Positions 55,974 through 61,734 of a stretch of DNA of 61,734 bases are shown here, piece after piece (the first letter of the stretch is position 1; each line of letters opens with the position of its first letter). The DNA is from Bdellovibrionales bacterium (GTDB lineage: Bacteria > Bdellovibrionota_G > JALEGL01 > JAGRMV01): NCBI GenBank assembly GCA_020434345.1, contig JAGRAZ010000002.1, positions 1-61,734 of the forward strand, in the 5' to 3' direction. The position numbers and the translations under genes were made by a program. The notes under the pieces were generated by a model, which saw only the letters and a program-made list of their open reading frames with translations, was not told where the DNA came from and did no database searches.

Positions 55974-57476
55974 TTATCTCTCCGATGGGGTATAGTAGGC
56001 GGTATAAACTTGATTAATTGGGCATGGATCAAGCGTGAATATTTTGAAATAATCCAATAACACTTCCATAACCGCCAAGTGAGAATCAACTTCATTGAGT
56101 GCGTTTTGAAAGAATGCATCTTGCTCTAAAACCAAATCACGAACATCAACCCTAGCTTGCGCATACTTTTTTTGAATACGTTGAACATTGCTTGATAAAG
56201 TTGCACTGTTCTCTTTATAATTTTTTGTAGAAGCAAAAAGCGTATCAATCATAGCTAAAAGCTGACTTTGATGCGCATTAACACTTGCCTGTGTTTCTTT
56301 TTTATTGGTTAAGAAGCTTTCGTACTGTGCACGAAGCTTGGCGCTTTTAACCTTATTTTTTGATTTTCCTAAAGGCACATCAACCATCAAACCAACCTGA
56401 AAACCTGCCTTTGGATTGCTAGAAAAGTCAGAAAACGAATCTTGATACCCTCTATCAACACCTGACATTTGCACTTCGGACTGCAGTGCTACATCAATTC
56501 CATCAAAACTCTCATCAATAATTTTTTGCTGTTCATAATCTTTTTCAATGAGTGCCAATATTTCATCAAGCAAGGTGTGATCCCATGGCGCTTGGTCAAA
56601 TTGCTTTATTGTCATCACACATGCCAGAACAGTATTCACAGCTTTCTCCCGATCATACTCACCCATTTCAATATGCAATGAAGAAAGCGTAGGGATAAAT
56701 TTTTTAATTTCTTGTCTGGCAAGGTCTCTTTGGTATTCCAACGCATAGAGTGTAGCTTGCCTACTTGCAACTTGCGCTTTATACCGATCTGTTTCAGTAG
56801 CATCTGCAATAAACTTATTTTTCCTTGAAACACTATCTTTGTATTGAAGAGATGCAGATTCAAGAAGCTTTTTTGATATCGTAATTTTTTCTTCTATTGC
56901 AACCAAAGACCAATAGACTTTTCGCATTTCAAGTTCAAACGAACGTATTGCAATTTGGTTTTCCAAAGCCATTTTTTTCAATGCCAGTTCTTTGCTTTGA
57001 AGCTTTGCTTGGTCGAGCCGACCAAATAGGTTTTTCCACAAGTCTATTTTAGCTTGAAGATTAATTCCTGTTCGCGTTGCATGATCAATAACATTATCTT
57101 TTGTGCTTGAAAGATCAGAGAATAGATTTGCTTGTACTTCAACGCCTCTTGTAAATCTCTTATAAAGACCTGTCTGAAAACCATGCGTTGGTCCAAAGGT
57201 AGGAATGAAAGAGGCAAGAGCCTTTTCATTTGAGTTTTGATAATAAACTTCGTTTTTCCATATCGGTTGATAAAGGCTACGCTCTTCAAGGGATAGACTA
57301 CTTGATAATTCCTCTTGGGCAGTGAGTTTTGATAAAATCGTCGCGTCTTGATAAATTTTCTCGACCAATCCACTCTCAGTCAGCGTCCAAGAGTCACTTT
57401 GATTTTGTGCACCTGCTAAACCTATGGATAAAACCATTGTTACAAAAAAGCTTAGAACATATTGAAATAATTTCAT
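55974..57476 (-). CDS. TolC-family outer membrane factor
   Basis: Signal peptide from ATG 57476 (SD GGGGA); alternating long helices and beta-strands; VGLMVDVPLG, KKYAQAR.D.RDL; 2 nt upstream of the RND gene. Confidence 0.75.
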   Translation of the reverse strand: MKLFQYVLSFFVTMVLSIGLAGAQNQSDSWTLTESGLVEKIYQDATILSKLTAQEELSSSLSLEERSLYQPIWKNEVYYQNSNEKALASFIPTFGPTHGFQTGLYKRFTRGVEVQANLFSDLSSTKDNVIDHATRTGINLQAKIDLWKNLFGRLDQAKLQSKELALKKMALENQIAIRSFELEMRKVYWSLVAIEEKITISKKLLESASLQYKDSVSRKNKFIADATETDRYKAQVASRQATLYALEYQRDLARQEIKKFIPTLSSLHIEMGEYDREKAVNTVLACVMTIKQFDQAPWDHTLLDEILALIEKDYEQQKIIDESFDGIDVALQSEVQMSGVDRGYQDSFSDFSSNPKAGFQVGLMVDVPLGKSKNKVKSAKLRAQYESFLTNKKETQASVNAHQSQLLAMIDTLFASTKNYKENSATLSSNVQRIQKKYAQARVDVRDLVLEQDAFFQNALNEVDSHLAVMEVLLDYFKIFTLDPCPINQVYTAYYTPSER

Positions 57477-57615
57477 ATTTTCATCCCCAACATGTGTGGC
57501 TTTGATACCGCAGAATGGCATATCAAGCAAAGTTTTTGTGCATCAAGTACAAAGCAAAGGGGTTCTTACATTTTGGCCAAAAGAAGAATACACACTTCAA
57601 TAACAAACATTTATA

Positions 57616-58542
57616 TTAGCTTTGTATCAACGACGCTACAGCAGCTATACTATCAGTCGTTACAATTTTCGCATCTGGATACACCTTTTTCAGATGTCCA
57701 GACACAACTTTTGCAGCCCCCACCTCAACAAAAGTAGCTTTAGGAAAATCAAACGCTAGTTTTGTTAGGGTCTGTGTCCAAAGCACAGGATGATCAATCT
57801 GAGAAACCAAACGATCACGTATTTGATTCTTTTGTGTAATCGTGTCTACATCCACATTTGCTATATAGGGAATGTGTGGATCATTGATCTCTATTGTTTC
57901 AAGTAACTTTTCCATTCTTTGACTTGCTGGCTCTAACAAAGAGCAGTGAAAAGGTGCGCTAACTGGAAGCTCAATACAGCGTTTGGCTCCCTTTTCCTTT
58001 AAGAATTCGCTTGCTCGTCGAACCCCTTCAACAGTTCCACTGATGACAAGTTGACCCGGACAATTATAGTTGGCAGGCTCAACCAACAAACCATCGTTGG
58101 TCACCTCCTCACACACTTGTTCAATGATGTTATCATCCAAGCCCAAAACTGCGCTCATTGTTCCTACACCTAGAGCAACAGCCTCTTGCATGTATTTTCC
58201 ACGATGATGAACGGCCTTTACTGCATCTTCAAATCGCATGGCATCGCTCAATACAAGACAAGCATATTCACCAAGGCTATGGCCCGCCATCATAGAAGGC
58301 ATGATTCCATTTTCCATTAGATACCGACCCATGGCCACTGCCACTGTCAAAATCGCTGGTTGTGCATGGTAGGTTTTGGTTAACTCTTCTTCAGGTCCCT
58401 TTTCCATAAGCTCTGTAATAGAAAAACCCAATGACTGATCAGCTTTTTGAAAAATCTCGTTACATAAAGGAATTTCTTTGAGGTAGTCTCCCATACCTAC
58501 TTTTTGGGACCCTTGTCCTGGGAAAAGAAAAACGTATTGCAT
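57616..58542 (-). CDS. fabD: Malonyl CoA-ACP transacylase
   Basis: FLFPGQGSQ.VGM, AQPAI, GHSLGEY, ANYNCPGQLVISG, LPVSAPFHC.L. Confidence 0.97.
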   Translation of the reverse strand: MQYVFLFPGQGSQKVGMGDYLKEIPLCNEIFQKADQSLGFSITELMEKGPEEELTKTYHAQPAILTVAVAMGRYLMENGIMPSMMAGHSLGEYACLVLSDAMRFEDAVKAVHHRGKYMQEAVALGVGTMSAVLGLDDNIIEQVCEEVTNDGLLVEPANYNCPGQLVISGTVEGVRRASEFLKEKGAKRCIELPVSAPFHCSLLEPASQRMEKLLETIEINDPHIPYIANVDVDTITQKNQIRDRLVSQIDHPVLWTQTLTKLAFDFPKATFVEVGAAKVVSGHLKKVYPDAKIVTTDSIAAVASLIQS

Positions 58543-58557
58543 GAAATACTCCTTTAT

Positions 58558-59082
58558 CTATTTTTGGGTTTTAGCAAGCAACATAAGATAATGTTGCATG
58601 ATCGGATCTTGCCAATCATAAATACCTATAATTTTATCCGTAATCACACCCTTGGCATCGATAATATATGTTTCAGGCACCTTGAATGTCCCCCATGCAT
58701 CTGAAACTTTCTTGTCAAAATCTTGTAAAATTGGAAAAGTAACCCTTATGTCTTTATTAATTGCAAAAAAACGATCTAATGCTTGCTGATTCTGATCCAT
58801 ACTAATAGAGACCAGCTCAACACCTTGTAGCTTTTTGTTGTAGAGTTTTTCTAAAGATGGAATTTCTTCGATACAGGGCTCACACCAAGTCGCCCAAAAG
58901 TTTACAACAACTACTTTTCCGCGATGTTGATAAAGACTAAACACACGACCATCAGAAGCAGGCAATGAAAAGTCAGGAGCACACTGCCCTTCTTTTGTAC
59001 CTACCTTTTGATCACATGCAAAAGACGATGAATAAACAAAAACAAAAGCTACAACAATAGAAAATATAAGCTTAAGTTTCAC
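58558..59082 (-). CDS. TlpA/ResA-family thiol-disulfide oxidoreductase
   Basis: N-terminal signal/anchor, APDFSL, VNFWATWCEPC..EIP, VPETYIID..G. Confidence 0.9.
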   Translation of the reverse strand: MKLKLIFSIVVAFVFVYSSSFACDQKVGTKEGQCAPDFSLPASDGRVFSLYQHRGKVVVVNFWATWCEPCIEEIPSLEKLYNKKLQGVELVSISMDQNQQALDRFFAINKDIRVTFPILQDFDKKVSDAWGTFKVPETYIIDAKGVITDKIIGIYDWQDPIMQHYLMLLAKTQK

Positions 59083-59097
59083 AGAAGCACTACGTTT

Positions 59098-59643
59098 CTA
59101 GTCTTTTTTCGTCGACTTCTTCGTGGTTTTTGTGGTTTTTTTCGCTGCTTTTTTCTTCGGTGCGGTTTTAGATTTTGAAGAGGCTTTTACTGTATCAGCA
59201 GATGAAGCTTCTTTGGTTTTCTTTTCAGAAGCTTTCATTTTAGTTGCTTTAGGTTGCTTCTTCTCTGTCTTTGTAGATGATTTCTTGTCACCTTGAACAA
59301 ATTCAATCAACGCTAGCTTTGCACCATCACCTTGGCGTGTAGTGTACTTGTAAATACGGGTGTATCCACCATTGCGATCCTTGAACATTGGACCCCATTC
59401 TTCAAAAAGCTTCTTAACAGATTCTTTTTTGTAGATTCTACCAGCAACCTGACGTCTTGCATGAAGATCATCTTTTTTTGCTATGGTTACCAAAGGCTCG
59501 ACAATCTTTCGAAGTTCTTTTGCTTTTTCCAATGTTGTTTTAATTCGACCTTCGTCGATCAAATTCGTGGCAAGACCACGAAACAATGCGCGACGCTCAT
59601 CAATACGACGGCCAAATTTTCTTCCTGCTACTCGATGTCTCAT
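59098..59643 (-). CDS. rplQ: 50S ribosomal protein L17 with Lys-rich tail
   Basis: MRH....RK.GR...R.A..R.LA..L...GRI.TT..KAKE, R.GGYTRI.K...R.GD.A. Confidence 0.97.
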   Translation of the reverse strand: MRHRVAGRKFGRRIDERRALFRGLATNLIDEGRIKTTLEKAKELRKIVEPLVTIAKKDDLHARRQVAGRIYKKESVKKLFEEWGPMFKDRNGGYTRIYKYTTRQGDGAKLALIEFVQGDKKSSTKTEKKQPKATKMKASEKKTKEASSADTVKASSKSKTAPKKKAAKKTTKTTKKSTKKD

Positions 59644-59672
59644 AATACAATCCTCTTATACACTTTTTGTAC

Positions 59673-60731
59673 TTATAGTGTTTTTTCAATCTCTACGTTC
59701 TTTTTAGAAACAACAGACCCAGCGTTTTGTCGGATCTTGTTAATCTCTTCAATAACTTCTTGATCTAATTTCATGCCTAAAGAAAAACCCATCTCTGTTA
59801 GAATTTCTTTAATTTCATTAAGTGATTTTCGACCAAAGTTTTTTGTTCGAAGCATTTCACCTTCAGAACGTTGAACCAATTCACCAATAAATTTAATATC
59901 AGCATTTTCTAAACAGTTTGTCGAACGAACTGACAATTCCAACTCATCAACGCGACGAAGTAAATTTTCATTTACACGTGGTTTTGTTTCATCCATTTCA
60001 TATTCAACACTTTTAGGAATTGCTTTTTCTTCATCAAAATTGATGAAAATTTGAAGCTGTTCTTTCAATATTTTTGCTGAATATGCAACTGCATCTTGAG
60101 GCTTTACCGAACCATTGGTCCATACTTCAAGTGTTAACTTATCGTAATCGGTTCTTTGACCAACACGAGCTTGGCTAACATTGAAGTTAACTTTTTCAAT
60201 AGGTGTAAAGATACTATCCATAAAAATAGTATCAACTGGATGACCTTCTTCTTTATTCTCTTCAGAAATTTTGTATCCCTTACCCATTTTTATTGTCATT
60301 ACAGCATCAAACGAACCTTTTTCATTGAGCGTACAAATATGTTGCTCAGGATTTAGAACTGTAATTCTATCATTGGTTTGAATATCAGCCGCTGTTACAA
60401 CGCCGGGTTTGTTAACATGAATTTCAATTTTTTCAGGGCGTTCAGATTCAGAAAGAAAAATAACTTCTTTCAAGTTCAAAAGAATGTCACTAACATCTTC
60501 TGAAACACCTTTAAGTGTTGAAAACTCATGTTTCACACCTTCAATTTTCACAGCAGTAATTGCTGCACCTTGAAGTGATGACAAAAGAATTCTACGAAGA
60601 GAATTACCGATTGTTGTTCCAAAACCACGCTCAAGTGGTGAAACTTGAAACTTACCAAACTTATCAGTCAGCGTTTCGCGGTCAATGTCAATGCCTTGTG
60701 GGTAAATAAGATCTGTCCAATTTTTATACAT
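59673..60731 (-). CDS. rpoA: RNA polymerase alpha subunit
   Basis: [25 protein letters not shown]...[35 protein letters not shown]. Confidence 0.99.
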   Translation of the reverse strand: MYKNWTDLIYPQGIDIDRETLTDKFGKFQVSPLERGFGTTIGNSLRRILLSSLQGAAITAVKIEGVKHEFSTLKGVSEDVSDILLNLKEVIFLSESERPEKIEIHVNKPGVVTAADIQTNDRITVLNPEQHICTLNEKGSFDAVMTIKMGKGYKISEENKEEGHPVDTIFMDSIFTPIEKVNFNVSQARVGQRTDYDKLTLEVWTNGSVKPQDAVAYSAKILKEQLQIFINFDEEKAIPKSVEYEMDETKPRVNENLLRRVDELELSVRSTNCLENADIKFIGELVQRSEGEMLRTKNFGRKSLNEIKEILTEMGFSLGMKLDQEVIEEINKIRQNAGSVVSKKNVEIEKTL

Positions 60732-60758
60732 AGCTTCTCCTCTATCAATTATTAATCA

Positions 60759-61151
60759 TCAAACTCTACGTTTTTTAGGTGGTCTGCACCCGTTGTGTGG
60801 AATTGGTGTTACATCTTTAATTGTAGCAACACGAATACCTGAACCCTGTATGGCTCGAATTGCAGCTTCTCTACCTGCACCGGGGCCTTTTACTTTTACA
60901 TCTACAGATCTCACGCCACAATCTTTTGCTTTTTGAGCAGCATCATTTGCAGCGATCTGAGCAGCAAAAGGAGTAGATTTTTTTGAACCTTTAAACCCTT
61001 GTGCACCTGCAGAAGACCACGCTATAACATTACCATTGGGTTCAGTAATTGTTACGAGTGTATTGTTAAATGTCGCTCTAATGTTTACAACACCATGAGG
61101 AACATTTTTTTTATCTTTTTTCTTTTTTGTCGTTTTTGCCTGTTCAGCCAT
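60759..61151 (-). CDS. rpsK: 30S ribosomal protein S11
   Basis: [39 protein letters not shown]. Confidence 0.99.
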   Translation of the reverse strand: MAEQAKTTKKKKDKKNVPHGVVNIRATFNNTLVTITEPNGNVIAWSSAGAQGFKGSKKSTPFAAQIAANDAAQKAKDCGVRSVDVKVKGPGAGREAAIRAIQGSGIRVATIKDVTPIPHNGCRPPKKRRV

Positions 61152-61176
61152 TGTACTTTCCTCTTATAAAGCTAAA

Positions 61177-61557
61177 TTATTTACCGGGCATTTTAGCGCC
61201 ACGAATTGGACCTTTTGATTTTCCTTTTCGTGTTCTTGCATTTGTTTTAGTTCTTTGTCCGTTAACAGGTAGAGACTTTCTATGACGAATACCTCTATAG
61301 CTACCCAAATCCATCAAACGCTTAATGTTTGCATTTACTTCGCGACGCAGATCACCTTCAACTTTGAAGTTTTGATCAACTACTTCGCGAATACGAATAA
61401 CTTCTGCTTCTGTTAATTCATCTGTTTTTTTAAATTTATCTACGTTTGAAATTTCACAAATCTGTATCGCTGCAGAACGACCAACACCGTGAATATAAGT
61501 TAATGCGAATTCCAAACGCTTGTTACGTGGTAAATCAATTCCTGAAACTCTTGCCAT
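61177..61557 (-). CDS. rpsM: 30S ribosomal protein S13
   Basis: [43 protein letters not shown]. Confidence 0.99.
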   Translation of the reverse strand: MARVSGIDLPRNKRLEFALTYIHGVGRSAAIQICEISNVDKFKKTDELTEAEVIRIREVVDQNFKVEGDLRREVNANIKRLMDLGSYRGIRHRKSLPVNGQRTKTNARTRKGKSKGPIRGAKMPGK

Positions 61558-61568
61558 GGGTAATCCTT

Positions 61569-61682
61569 TTATTTTTGTTTTTGTTTATGACGTGGATTTT
61601 CACAAATCACGCGAACAATACCTTTTCGTTTGATTAATTTGCATTTATCACAAATCTTTTTTAATGAAGCTCTTACTTTCAT
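61569..61682 (-). CDS. rpmJ: 50S ribosomal protein L36 (Zn-binding C+ type); not in ORF track
   Basis: Manual translation [37 protein letters not shown]. Confidence 0.97.
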   Translation of the reverse strand: MKVRASLKKICDKCKLIKRKGIVRVICENPRHKQKQK

Positions 61683-61734
61683 AGTCTCTTTCCTTCAACG
61701 CATTCAATAAAGACGAATGCTCATGTTACAATCT

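Noticed and set aside
61683-61734. End of an upstream gene (..RL*, possibly map) before rpmJ
   Set aside because: Only about 3 codons are visible, so it cannot be identified.
1-61734. tRNA, rRNA, tmRNA, riboswitch or IS transposase
   Set aside because: I recognised no cloverleaf/T-loop signatures in intergenic DNA and no transposase ORFs. A tRNAscan/Infernal run would be needed to exclude them fully.

Overview
This is a mostly housekeeping bacterial chromosome segment. By inference it comes from a Bdellovibrionota/Myxococcota-like (former Deltaproteobacteria) organism, based on the FHA-GGDEF cyclase, the xerD-S2P-trpS-scpAB-rluB-long hflX cluster, the split nuo operon and a Hanks-type kinase. 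It carries purF/purL/purC/purN, dnaK, etfBA, tal, murI, gshA, rel, nuoA/C/E/F/H/J-N, pyrE, gdh, miaB, fabD and the end of the alpha ribosomal operon. The first ~1.87 kb looks like Bacteroidota DNA (AT-rich, ATA codons, TACCTTTG promoters) joined in frame inside purF, probably a chimera. The best novelty candidates are: (1) a ~2160-aa signal-peptide protein with ankyrin repeats and a pore-like hydrophobic bundle, lying behind an outer-membrane-factor + RND pair that lacks an adaptor gene and preceded by a sigma54-type promoter; (2) a membrane Ser/Thr kinase fused to an apparently dead metallopeptidase-like domain; (3) three tandem secreted proteins sharing a C...CxC...C pattern; (4) a synonymously diverged duplicate of the rel 3' end flanking a hairpin insert; (5) RPE/REP-like palindromes; (6) a probable AUU start for hflX; (7) an uncalled 58-aa Tudor-like protein. 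I saw no tRNA, rRNA, CRISPR array or transposase. Family assignments come from recognised motifs and recalled homologs, not from database searches.
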